64,000 nucleotides of DNA, from NCBI GenBank assembly GCA_023380475.1, contig JAMCRD010000006.1, positions 117,996 through 181,995 on the forward strand. The letters are read 5' to 3'. The first letter of the stretch is position 1; each line of letters opens with the position of its first letter. Positions 21,088-30,095 of this stretch are shown in pieces. Source of the DNA: Patescibacteria group bacterium (GTDB lineage Bacteria; Patescibacteriota; Minisyncoccia; UBA6257; Colwellbacteraceae). The notes beneath the pieces are model-generated. The model was not told where the DNA came from. It did no database searches and saw only the letters and a program-made list of their open reading frames with translations. A program made the translations under genes and the position numbers.

Positions 21088-21537
21088 CTAGTTTTTAGCC
21101 TGACTCAGAGCCGAAGTTAACGACTGTTGGTAGGCCAAGCTGGTTTCAGTTGCTCCGGAGACGATATCGACGTTGGCGCTCTGTGACTGAATGGCTTCCT
21201 GTTTAAGTATTGGTAAGGCGTAGCCGCTTACTGCAAGCGAGTGGCCGTTGTCGTTGGGATATTGCAAAAACTGTACGTCGGTTAGCTTGCCGTTTTTTAT
21301 GGCTGCCGCTACCTGCACGTTTCCGTAAAAAGCATTTGCCACACCTCCGTAGAATAAGCCGCCTTTGTATGCCGGTGATCTTGTGACTGAGGCGGGGGAG
21401 GTGGGTCGGACGACGTCGCTACTGCTGGGGACGATAGCCTGTTGAGACGTGGTGAGGGAACCCTGGTTGTCGTTGCTCAGCAAGGCGTAAAGCACGAATG
21501 CGGTTATCACTCCCAGTGAAAACAGGAATTTCTTCAT
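21088..21537 (-). CDS. Secreted or anchored FMN-binding domain protein (FMN_bind; ApbE substrate type)
   Basis: N-terminal signal/anchor MKKFLFSLGVITAFVLYALL; C-terminal DIVSGATETS flavinylation motif (SGATxT). Confidence 0.75.
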   Translation of the reverse strand: MKKFLFSLGVITAFVLYALLSNDNQGSLTTSQQAIVPSSSDVVRPTSPASVTRSPAYKGGLFYGGVANAFYGNVQVAAAIKNGKLTDVQFLQYPNDNGHSLAVSGYALPILKQEAIQSQSANVDIVSGATETSLAYQQSLTSALSQAKN

Positions 21538-21732
21538 GTTGACGGCGTGTGGTGGTTAATCTGGTAACCTAAAGACTGTTGTATTATTACTACACGCAGG
21601 AATCGCAATTCCGTGCAGCGTCCCCCGTCACGCAGCGTTCATATGGGTCGGAGTGTATTATAGGTACATCTAATAGGTATGATGCTGTACGGAGGGGCTG
21701 CGGCGTGCCCATACATAAGTTATTACATTAGC

Positions 21733-22302
21733 ATGAGAGACATCTCGGACGAGAAATTAGTCGGGCTATCTCTGGGGGACGACAAGTATTATGGGGAGCT
21801 CGTTGACCGCTATGAAGGTAGGCTGCAAAAATACATCGTCAGATTCATAAACTGCGGCATAGAAGATGCGCAGGATATCGTGCAGGAGACATTCATAAAA
21901 GCCTATCGCAACCTGAACAACTTCAATCCCGATCTTAAGTTCTCCTCATGGATATATCGCATAGCTCACAATGAGGCCGTGAACTATTTTAGGCAAGCAA
22001 AATCGCATAAGGCGATTGCGATGGAGGATTTTAAACTGGAGGTATTCCCTTCGGGGCAGGATCTAGAGAGAGAACTTGGAGAAAAGATGGAACGGTCCAT
22101 GCTGCTCGATGCCCTCAGCCGTTTGGATACTAAGTATAAGGAAGTGCTCGTCCTGAGATATATGGAAGAAAAGGACTACATGGAGATCTCCGATATCTTG
22201 AAAAAGCCGGTGGGGACGGTGTCTTCGCTCATAAGTAGAGCCAAAAAGTTGCTGATAGAGGAAGTTAAACTAAAAGCTGAGTCAAATGTCAGATATAAGT
22301 AA
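21733..22302 (+). CDS. ECF-type RNA polymerase sigma-70 factor (sigma-24 family)
   Basis: Region 2 (AQDIVQETFIKAYRNLNNFN...FSSWIYRIAHNEAVNYFR) and region 4 (YKEVLVLRYMEEKDYMEISDILKKPVGTVSSLISRAKKLL). The track ORF starts at 21679, but 21733 gives a canonical-length N-terminus. Confidence 0.85.
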   Translation: MRDISDEKLVGLSLGDDKYYGELVDRYEGRLQKYIVRFINCGIEDAQDIVQETFIKAYRNLNNFNPDLKFSSWIYRIAHNEAVNYFRQAKSHKAIAMEDFKLEVFPSGQDLERELGEKMERSMLLDALSRLDTKYKEVLVLRYMEEKDYMEISDILKKPVGTVSSLISRAKKLLIEEVKLKAESNVRYK

Positions 22303-22708
22303 AAAAGTAATAGGGGAGATACATGAGAAGAATATAAAGCCGCTTTCAAAACGGTACTTTGTGGTAAGAAGCACTGCCGTCTGGCTATCCCTGCTTGCTT
22401 CGGTCATATTGGGCGGTATAGCAGTAAGCACAGAGGACATGTTTTTGGAAAGAGCCAACGGATTGATAAATTGGGTTTCCTTGTTCCTGGTGTTCTCTGT
22501 ATTTCTATTCATGACGTTGGCGTATCTCAATGTCCGGTCGACCGGGGACGGCTACCGCTACCGTACTGTGTGGGTTGTGATCAGCATAATTCTGATTTTT
22601 ATAGCTCTAGCAGTGCTTTTCCGCCAGGAAGGGATAGGAGACAGAGTTGAGTCTAGGTTTGATTCGCATTGTCCGGCGATATCGCAATACTGCCCCGACA
22701 GATACTAG
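22286..22708 (+). CDS. Membrane protein, possible cognate anti-sigma factor
   Basis: Overlaps the sigma gene by 17 nt; three predicted TM helices; no conserved motifs. Confidence 0.4.
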   Translation: MSDISKKVIGEIHEKNIKPLSKRYFVVRSTAVWLSLLASVILGGIAVSTEDMFLERANGLINWVSLFLVFSVFLFMTLAYLNVRSTGDGYRYRTVWVVISIILIFIALAVLFRQEGIGDRVESRFDSHCPAISQYCPDRY

Positions 22709-22949
22709 ACGGTGGTCGACCTCATTTTTTAGAGACGCCCTATTTGTTTTGAATAAGATGGTCGGCAGGCGTGTATTAGTTGGTGAAAGGCCACAATTAG
22801 CCTTACCAACTAAACATGAAAATAATCTACCATATACGCTGCCCTACCAGAAGCCAACCTACGACTAGCATAGATTGGTGATGTCGGTTCAACCTATGTA
22901 AAGTTTGCGTACATAAAACCGCGGCTAGGCCGCGGTTGTTATGTAAGTG

Positions 22950-23287
22950 TGGAGGCGGAGGGATTGAACCCTCGTCCAGGAAGTTGCTCAAAGGCGCTCT
23001 ACAAGCTTAGTCCTCTTGCGAAGACGTGGTTGCTCCCGGTGGTTTAACCTGCCTTATTGGGAACCTGTTGGGGCAGGCGATTCCGCTGTATGACACCGGT
23101 TTGACCTCTAGCGGAAATCGAGGACCGATGCCCGACTCATGTGGAGCCGAGGCCAGCATTAAGCCAAAGCCAATGCTGGGGCTGCAACTTTATAGTTGGC
23201 AGTTCTTGGTTTGCGACGGGTTTTACGAGCATGTCGCAGCTCGGCTTGCTACCTTTAAGGGTGCTCCCTGTCGAAGCTTGCGCCCCC
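22950..23287 (-). ncRNA. ssrA: tmRNA (SsrA)
   Basis: Minus-strand 5' end GGGGGCGCAAGC pairs with 3' end ...GGUUCAAUCCCUCCGCCUCC-A (tRNA-like T-arm and acceptor). Internal reading frame GCC AAC UAU AAA GUU GCA GCC CCA GCA UUG GCU UUG GCU UAA encodes the tag (A)NYKVAAPALALA. Located immediately downstream of smpB. Confidence 0.85.
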
Positions 23288-23725
23288 ATTACGTATCTCT
23301 TTCTGAAATTCTTGCTTTTTAAGAAACTCTCGCTTGTCAGCCTTATTTCTCGGGCGAACCAGGCCTATCTCTAGTTTGACTATGCCCAGTTTGCCGCGGG
23401 CAGTATAGATTCTGAGCGGGATAGCAGTCAACCCCTTCTCTTTTATCCGTCCTAACAGGAGGTTTATCTCTTTGCGGTTTAACAGTAGTCTGCGATCACG
23501 CTGCGGTTTATAGCTGGCAGGGGTATTCTTGGGCTGATAAGGTGGGACGTCAGCTCCAATAAGCCAGGCCTCGCCACCCCTCAGGGCGACATGGGCGCCG
23601 GCGATGTTAACCCGGCCCGACTTTATGGCTTTCACCTCGTGGCCGTGCAATTCGATACCCGCCTCAAACTTTTCCAACACGGCGTAATCGTGATAAGCCC
23701 TGCGATTGGCTGCCAATTCACTCAT
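23255..23725 (-). CDS. smpB: SsrA-binding protein SmpB
   Basis: MSELAANRRAYHDYAVLEKFEAGIELHGHEVKAIKSGRVNIAGAHVAL... canonical SmpB sequence; 3' end overlaps the tmRNA 5' end by ~33 nt. Confidence 0.9.
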   Translation of the reverse strand: MSELAANRRAYHDYAVLEKFEAGIELHGHEVKAIKSGRVNIAGAHVALRGGEAWLIGADVPPYQPKNTPASYKPQRDRRLLLNRKEINLLLGRIKEKGLTAIPLRIYTARGKLGIVKLEIGLVRPRNKADKREFLKKQEFQKEIRNGGASFDREHP

Positions 23726-23794
23726 TTAGTTAAGTATAACCTCAATTCGCGAGTTTTTGGTTTTTAGGCTCTTAGAAACTAGAATATATATGTT

Positions 23795-25510
23795 ATGTTT
23801 GAGGTTTTGAGGGATCTTATAGCGCAGGCCTCCGGGACGGATAGTTTTCAGCTGGGAGTGCCGGAGTTTGAAAAACTGGGTCATTTTATGACCAATGTCG
23901 CTTTTGCGGTTGGGAATAGAGACAAAATAGGACCGATGGAGGCCGCCCGCAGGCTGGAGAAAGAGATTCTAACCAGAAGCCCCAAGAACTTTATAGACCG
24001 CATCGACGTGGCCGCCCCTGGTTTTATAAACTTCTGGCTTACCCCCCAGGCTATCCAAACAGAGTTAAGTTTCATTTTTAAAGACAAGCAGTACGGTCTG
24101 GGCAAAAGTTGGAAAGGCAAGCGGGTGATGATCGAGTTTACCGACCCCAACCCATTCAAACTTTTTCATATCGGCCACCTGATGAGCAATACTATCGGCG
24201 AATCGTTCGCGCGGTTATTCGAGGCTGCCGGCGCCAAAGTTATCCGCGCCAACTACCAAGGCGACGTCGGTCTCCATGTGGCTAAGGCCATCTGGGGGAT
24301 GCGGCAGATGATCGAGCGCGGGGACAAAATGCCCAGTGCAGGCGACAGTCTGGTAACCAAAGTTGATTTCCTCGGCCGAGCCTACGCGCTGGGGGCTTCG
24401 GTCTACGAGGACCAAAGCGGTTCAGCGCGGCCGGAAGCCAAAGAAGAAATATTAGCGATAAACGAAAAAGTGTATTCGCGTCGCGACAAGTCGATCAATC
24501 AACTTTATGATATTGGTCGCAAGTGGAGCCTGGCTTACTTCGAGACGGTGTACAAGAAATTAGGTACGAAGTTCAACCACTACTTCTTTGAAAGCAAAGT
24601 TGGCCGGGATGGTTTGAAGTTGGTCATGGCTCACCAAGATATTTTTGAGGAGAGCCAAGGCGCCATAGTCTTCCCCGGAGAAAAGTACGGCTTGCATACG
24701 CGGGTGTTCGTTAACTCCAAAGGGCTGCCGACCTATGAAGCCAAAGAGCTTGGTCTTAACAAGAGGAAGTTCGAGCTGTACAAGCTCGATTTGTCGGCAA
24801 TAGTCACTGCCAACGAGATCAATGATTACTTCAAAGTACTGCTTAAGGTGATGAGCCTAATAATGCCGGAGGTGGCTCGAAAGACGCGCCATGTGTCACA
24901 CGGCTTTTTGCGCTTGCCCGGCGGCAAGATGTCTTCCAGGACGGGCAGTGTGATAACTGCCGAGTCGCTGATCGAGCAGGTCAAAGAGAAAATACGGGAG
25001 CGGGTTGGCCGGAACGGGGATATAAGCGGAAAAGACAAAGAAGTCATAACTGAAGCTATCGCCATTGGCGCTATAAAGTGTTCTATTTTAAGACAGAGCC
25101 CGGGTCAGGACATAATTTTTGATTTTGAGAGATCTTTATCGCTTGAAGGAGATTCGGGGCCGTACCTGCAATACGCTTTTGTCAGAGCGCTGAATATTCT
25201 TAATAAAGCGGGGAGGATCAGCAAGGTAAACTACGAACTCCTTGATAGCGGGGAAGAGCTGGCTCTGATTATGAAACTTATTGAATTTCCGACGGTTATT
25301 AAGACATGCATTGATTCTTTAGCTTCTAACGGACTTGTCACGTATCTATACGACCTTGCCAAGACGATGAATCGTTTCTATGATGCGAAAAACGTCTTGA
25401 AGGCGGAAGATAAGGTTCGCCGCGCAAGATTGGCGCTGGTCTTTGCAGCCGCCAGGACGCTTAAGACCGGTCTTGGCCTGTTGGGTATAAACACTGTGGA
25501 ACATATGTGA
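23795..25510 (+). CDS. argS: Arginine--tRNA ligase
   Basis: HIGH motif (FHIGHLMSNTIG), class I catalytic core, C-terminal DALR anticodon-binding domain. Confidence 0.9.
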   Translation: MFEVLRDLIAQASGTDSFQLGVPEFEKLGHFMTNVAFAVGNRDKIGPMEAARRLEKEILTRSPKNFIDRIDVAAPGFINFWLTPQAIQTELSFIFKDKQYGLGKSWKGKRVMIEFTDPNPFKLFHIGHLMSNTIGESFARLFEAAGAKVIRANYQGDVGLHVAKAIWGMRQMIERGDKMPSAGDSLVTKVDFLGRAYALGASVYEDQSGSARPEAKEEILAINEKVYSRRDKSINQLYDIGRKWSLAYFETVYKKLGTKFNHYFFESKVGRDGLKLVMAHQDIFEESQGAIVFPGEKYGLHTRVFVNSKGLPTYEAKELGLNKRKFELYKLDLSAIVTANEINDYFKVLLKVMSLIMPEVARKTRHVSHGFLRLPGGKMSSRTGSVITAESLIEQVKEKIRERVGRNGDISGKDKEVITEAIAIGAIKCSILRQSPGQDIIFDFERSLSLEGDSGPYLQYAFVRALNILNKAGRISKVNYELLDSGEELALIMKLIEFPTVIKTCIDSLASNGLVTYLYDLAKTMNRFYDAKNVLKAEDKVRRARLALVFAAARTLKTGLGLLGINTVEHM

Positions 25511-28500
25511 TTGATGGCGGAAGAGAATAAACAATTTAAATTGCCGGAAGGAGAGGAGCGCATCCTAAAGTTCTGGGACGAGCGCAAGATTTTCGAAAAG
25601 AGTCTTGAACAGACCCGCCGCAGCAAACCGTTTGCGTTTTATGACGGGCCGCCTTTTGCAACTGGCCTGCCCCACTACGGACATTTACTAGCCTCAACGG
25701 TGAAGGATGTTTTCGGCCGCTACCAGACGATGCGGGGGCGATACGTCCGCCGGCGTTGGGGCTGGGATTGCCACGGCTTGCCCATCGAGGAGGTGGTTGA
25801 AAGAAAGCTGGGCATCTCGGGCAAGAAGCAGATTGAGCAGATCGGCATAAAAAAGTTCAACGAGACCTGCCGCAGCATGGTTTTGGAATATGCCGGTGAG
25901 TGGAAGGAAACAATAAGACGCCTGGGCCGATGGGTCGAGTTCGACGATTCCTATAAAACCATGGATTCAACCTACATGGAGTCGGTCTGGTGGGCTTTCA
26001 AGGAAATATATAAGAAGGGTTTGGTCTACGAAGGTCGGAAGGTGTTGCTGTACTGCCCGCGCTGCGAGACGCCAGTCTCCAACTTCGAGGTAGCAATGGA
26101 CAACAGTTATAAGGATGTCACTGAAGAATCGGTAACGGTTAAGTTCAAAGTTAAGAACCCCGGTAAGATCGGGCTTGGCAACAAGGATTTGTATATCCTG
26201 GCTTGGACGACGACGCCTTGGACATTGCCTGGCAATGTGGCTTTGGCGGTCGGTTCGGAAATAAGGTACAGGATTGTTAGAAGCGGCAACGAATATCTGA
26301 TTGCTGCTGTTGACCGGCTTAAGGATATAGGCTTGGTCGGCGAAAGTGTCGAGTTCGGCCAGGAGCTCACGGGAGCAGACCTAGTTGGACTAGGATACGT
26401 GCCGTTGTTCAACGTTCCGGAAGTTAAGAATGAAAAGTCATTTAGGGTTTATCCGGCATCTTTTGTAACAACCACGGATGGTACAGGTATAGTCCATACG
26501 GCCGTGGTCTACGGTGAAGACGATTACAACCTTGGGGTGCAGGTCGGTTTGCCGGTGGTGCCCATGCTGGATGAGAAAGGAACGTTCAACGACAAGGCAC
26601 CGGAGTTTCTGCGGGGGCAATATTTTAAAAAGGCAGACGGGTTGGTGATAGCTGACCTGGAAAAACGCAACTTGGTTTTCAAGAAAGAGAGTTACACTCA
26701 CTCCTACCCGCACTGCTGGCGGTGCGGCAATATGCTGTTTTACAACGCGATACCGGCCTGGTTCTTCAACATCCAGAAGATAAAGCCGAAGTTGATCAAG
26801 TCCAATAGCAAGGAAATAAATTGGTTCCCGGAGCATTTGAAACACGGCCGCTATGAAAAAAGCATCGAGGCGGCTCCTGACTGGAACATCTCGCGCAACC
26901 GTTACTGGGGCAATCCGATACCGGCATGGAAATGCGATAAATGCGGCCAGACGGAAATCATCGGCAGTATCGACGAATTGTCAGCCCGAGTCGGCAAATC
27001 TAAAAACGAATACTGGATTATGCGCCACGGCGAGGCGGAGACCAATGTCTTTGACGTGACCGATTCAGGCCAGGGCAAATTCCATCTTACGCCTTTGGGC
27101 GAGCGGCAGGCCAAAGAAGCGATAGATAAGTTCGGGAAGGAGTTGTCCAGGCAAGGCAAGAGGATTGATTTGATAATCGCTTCCGACATCCTGCGCACCA
27201 AGGAAACGGCTAAGATCGACGATAAGGAACTCGGCGGGGAGTCGCTCACGTATGACGAGCGCTTGCGCGAGATAAACCTGGGGCCGATACTAAACGGCTG
27301 CCACGACGAGAAATACCACCAGATATTCCCGACCTACCAGGAAAAATTCGAGAAACGGCCGCAAGGCGGGGAATCACTGCGCGATTTGCGTAAGCGGCTG
27401 TGGGAATTTTTGGCTGATTGCGAAACTAAGTACGAGGGCAAGAACATATTGATTGTTACCCACGAATATCCGGCTTGGATGCTGGCTGTAGCCGCCGGAG
27501 CGATGGATGAACGTCAAGCTATAGTGGAGAAGGAAAAATACGGCAAGGATTACATAAATTTTGCTGAGATACGGAAGCTGGGGCTAAGGATAGCGCCCCG
27601 CAACGATACCGGCGAGGTTGACCTGCACCGTCCTTACATCGATGCCGTTACGTTCGCCTGTCGGTCGTGCGGCGGCAAAATGCGGCGCACAACGGAAATA
27701 TTCGACTCTTGGGTGGAAGCAGGATCAATGCCCTTCGCGGAGTTTCACTATCCTTTTGATAACAAGAAAGTGTTCGAAGCTCGTTTCCCGGGACAGTTTG
27801 TCGCTGAGTACATTGCTCAGACCAGGGCTTGGTTTTATGTCATGCATGTCATATCGCTGATTTTGTTCGGGGAAGCACCGTTCGAGAATGTAGTCACAAC
27901 CGGCACGATTTTAGCCGAGGACGGCTCCAAGATGAGCAAGTCCAAAGGCAACTACCCCGACCCCAAGATTGTGCTTGCCAGGTACGGGGCGGATAGCCTG
28001 CGTTTCTACCTTATGAACTCGGTAGTTATGCAGGCCGACAATCTTGATTTCTCGGAGAAGGGAGTGGAGGGTATATACCGCAAGGTGGAACTCCTGATAG
28101 CCAATGTTTACAAATTCTTCGCGACCTACGCCAGCACGAGCAATGCCACTGCGACCGGCGACGAGGCAGCCAGATTGCTGGATTTATGGATCAAGGTCCG
28201 AACGGAGGAGTTGGTGACCGAGGTAACCAAATATCTCGATGTCTACGATACGGTTCGGGCCACGCGCGCCGTCCAGGAATACGTTGACGACTTGTCCACT
28301 TGGTATCTGCGACGCAGCCGTAAGCGTGATGATCGAGCGTTTTTCAACACCTTGCACGATAGCCTCTTAACTCTTAGCAAGGTAATCGCGCCTTTCATGC
28401 CGTTCTTGGCAGATGACTTGTACGGGAAGATCAAGTCGCATGATTTGGCCGACAGCAGAGCTGAGTCGGTGCATTTAACTGCTTGGCCCAAAGCCAGCTT

Positions 28501-29035
28501 CTCCATGCGGGAGTCGAAGCGCCGGGAACTAACAAGCAAGATGGCCGAGGTTCGCCGTTTGGCCAGTTTAGGACTAGCTGGTCGCGAGAGGGTTAAGATT
28601 AAGATCCGTCAGCCGCTCTCTAAGATGTCGGTTAAAGGTAAAGTGACACTCAATAGCGATATGTTGAATATTCTGAAAGACGAGGTGAATGTTAAGGAAG
28701 TTGTGTTTGACCCCGACTTGGTTTTGCCTGAGGATCAGGAAATACAACTTGATACCAACCTAACCGAGGAGCTTAAGGAGGAAGGCGTGCTGCGTGAGAT
28801 GACGAGGTTGATCCAAGGATTAAGACGCGAGGCGGGCCTTGTACCAACCGACACCATAAATTTGCACGTTCAGTGCTCATCCGCAATGCAGCTGGCGCTC
28901 GAGCAGCATCTGGCCGATTTCAGAGACGACATCGGCGCCAGAGAGGTGCTTTTTGGGAAATCCGACAAGTTTACTGCCGAGAAAAGTACTCAAATCGACG
29001 GCGAGCCGATTTGGGTAGGGATAGCTAAGCTTTAG
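25511..29035 (+). CDS. ileS: Isoleucine--tRNA ligase with an inserted histidine-phosphatase (PGAM-family) domain
   Basis: HYGH (PPFATGLPHYGHLL), CP1 editing domain, NISRNRYWGNPIP, KMSKSKGN. Between KCDKCGQTEIIGS and LHRPYIDAV lies an ~200-aa block with IMRHGEAETN ... ILIVTHEYPAW, the two-His signature of the histidine phosphatase superfamily. Confidence 0.95.
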   Translation: MMAEENKQFKLPEGEERILKFWDERKIFEKSLEQTRRSKPFAFYDGPPFATGLPHYGHLLASTVKDVFGRYQTMRGRYVRRRWGWDCHGLPIEEVVERKLGISGKKQIEQIGIKKFNETCRSMVLEYAGEWKETIRRLGRWVEFDDSYKTMDSTYMESVWWAFKEIYKKGLVYEGRKVLLYCPRCETPVSNFEVAMDNSYKDVTEESVTVKFKVKNPGKIGLGNKDLYILAWTTTPWTLPGNVALAVGSEIRYRIVRSGNEYLIAAVDRLKDIGLVGESVEFGQELTGADLVGLGYVPLFNVPEVKNEKSFRVYPASFVTTTDGTGIVHTAVVYGEDDYNLGVQVGLPVVPMLDEKGTFNDKAPEFLRGQYFKKADGLVIADLEKRNLVFKKESYTHSYPHCWRCGNMLFYNAIPAWFFNIQKIKPKLIKSNSKEINWFPEHLKHGRYEKSIEAAPDWNISRNRYWGNPIPAWKCDKCGQTEIIGSIDELSARVGKSKNEYWIMRHGEAETNVFDVTDSGQGKFHLTPLGERQAKEAIDKFGKELSRQGKRIDLIIASDILRTKETAKIDDKELGGESLTYDERLREINLGPILNGCHDEKYHQIFPTYQEKFEKRPQGGESLRDLRKRLWEFLADCETKYEGKNILIVTHEYPAWMLAVAAGAMDERQAIVEKEKYGKDYINFAEIRKLGLRIAPRNDTGEVDLHRPYIDAVTFACRSCGGKMRRTTEIFDSWVEAGSMPFAEFHYPFDNKKVFEARFPGQFVAEYIAQTRAWFYVMHVISLILFGEAPFENVVTTGTILAEDGSKMSKSKGNYPDPKIVLARYGADSLRFYLMNSVVMQADNLDFSEKGVEGIYRKVELLIANVYKFFATYASTSNATATGDEAARLLDLWIKVRTEELVTEVTKYLDVYDTVRATRAVQEYVDDLSTWYLRRSRKRDDRAFFNTLHDSLLTLSKVIAPFMPFLADDLYGKIKSHDLADSRAESVHLTAWPKASFSMRESKRRELTSKMAEVRRLASLGLAGRERVKIKIRQPLSKMSVKGKVTLNSDMLNILKDEVNVKEVVFDPDLVLPEDQEIQLDTNLTEELKEEGVLREMTRLIQGLRREAGLVPTDTINLHVQCSSAMQLALEQHLADFRDDIGAREVLFGKSDKFTAEKSTQIDGEPIWVGIAKL

Positions 29036-30075
29036 ACCGCGTAGTCCTTGTTGGCAAAGTAGTCGATCTTGATCGCCTTACGGACTTTAGTCATGGTTTC
29101 TTTGGCGATCGCCTGCACTTTCTTAGTGCCATCAGATAAAACGGCTCGAACATATTCCGGATCTTTGGCTAACTTCTCGCGTCTTTCTCTTATAGGGCCG
29201 ATCACGTTTTCTAACACGTCGATTAGATGTTTCTTGATAGCGGTATCGCCCAACCCTCCTTTTCTATATTGCCGCTTGAGTTCTTCAGCTCCGGCTTTGT
29301 CGGTATCAAATGTGTCCAAATAAGTAAATACAACGTTGCCTTCTACTTTACCGGGATCGCTGGCATGGATGTGACCGGGATCGGTGTACATCATCATCAC
29401 CTTTCTTTCTATCTCTTCCTTCGAGTCGGCTAAATAGATTGCATTGCCGAGCGATTTGCTAGCTTTGGCATTGCCGTCGATGCCGATCAGCCGCGGCGTG
29501 TCTGATAACACCGGCTTAATTTTCCTAAACGTCTCGCCGTAAGTAGTGTTGAACTTATCGACGATTTCGTTGTCCTGCTCTATCACTGGTAACTGGTCCT
29601 CGCCGACCGGTATGATGTTGCTGTCGCAGAATAATATGTCTGCGGCCTGACTGATTGGGTATACTAGAAACCCAGCCGGCACATTTTCTCCAAATCCCTT
29701 CTGCTTCATCTCGGCCTTCACTGTCGGATTCCTTCTTAACCTAGCGAGAGTTACCAGATTAAGAAAAACGACAGTCAATTCTGCTATCTCAGGTATCTGC
29801 GATTGTATGAAGAAAGCTGTCTTTTTGGGATCGAGTCCTGCTGCCAGATTGTCCAAAGCGACCTCGAACACATTCTTTCTGACCTTATCTGGATTGCTGG
29901 CATTGTCGGTCAGCGCCTGTACGTCAGCGATCATATAAAAGCAGTGTTCGTACTTGTCCTGCAGCGCAATCCGGTTTTTGATTGAGCCTATGTAATGGCC
30001 AAGATGCAATTGGCCAGTCGGCCTATCGCCAGTCAATACGACGTCGGTGCTATTTTTCTTGCTAAACAGAGCCAT
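29032..30075 (-). CDS. trpS: Tryptophan--tRNA ligase
   Basis: TGDRPTGQLHLGHYIGS (HIGH-type), KASKSLGN (KMSKS-type), ~347 aa class Ic size; convergent with ileS, stop codons overlapping by 4 nt. Confidence 0.85.
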   Translation of the reverse strand: MALFSKKNSTDVVLTGDRPTGQLHLGHYIGSIKNRIALQDKYEHCFYMIADVQALTDNASNPDKVRKNVFEVALDNLAAGLDPKKTAFFIQSQIPEIAELTVVFLNLVTLARLRRNPTVKAEMKQKGFGENVPAGFLVYPISQAADILFCDSNIIPVGEDQLPVIEQDNEIVDKFNTTYGETFRKIKPVLSDTPRLIGIDGNAKASKSLGNAIYLADSKEEIERKVMMMYTDPGHIHASDPGKVEGNVVFTYLDTFDTDKAGAEELKRQYRKGGLGDTAIKKHLIDVLENVIGPIRERREKLAKDPEYVRAVLSDGTKKVQAIAKETMTKVRKAIKIDYFANKDYAV

Positions 30076-30095
30076 AATCCGGATAAGTGTTGCAA

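Noticed and set aside
22647-22868. 73-aa ORF between the anti-sigma candidate and the tmRNA
   Set aside because: It overlaps the end of the preceding gene, has no start context or motifs, and lies in a region better explained as the tmRNA downstream or terminator region.
26990-27600. Possibility that the extra segment in IleRS is an intein
   Set aside because: There is no N-terminal Cys/Ser/Thr splice nucleophile at the junction, no C-terminal His-Asn-(Cys/Ser/Thr), and no endonuclease or Hint blocks. Instead the segment carries the RHG...H signature of histidine phosphatases.
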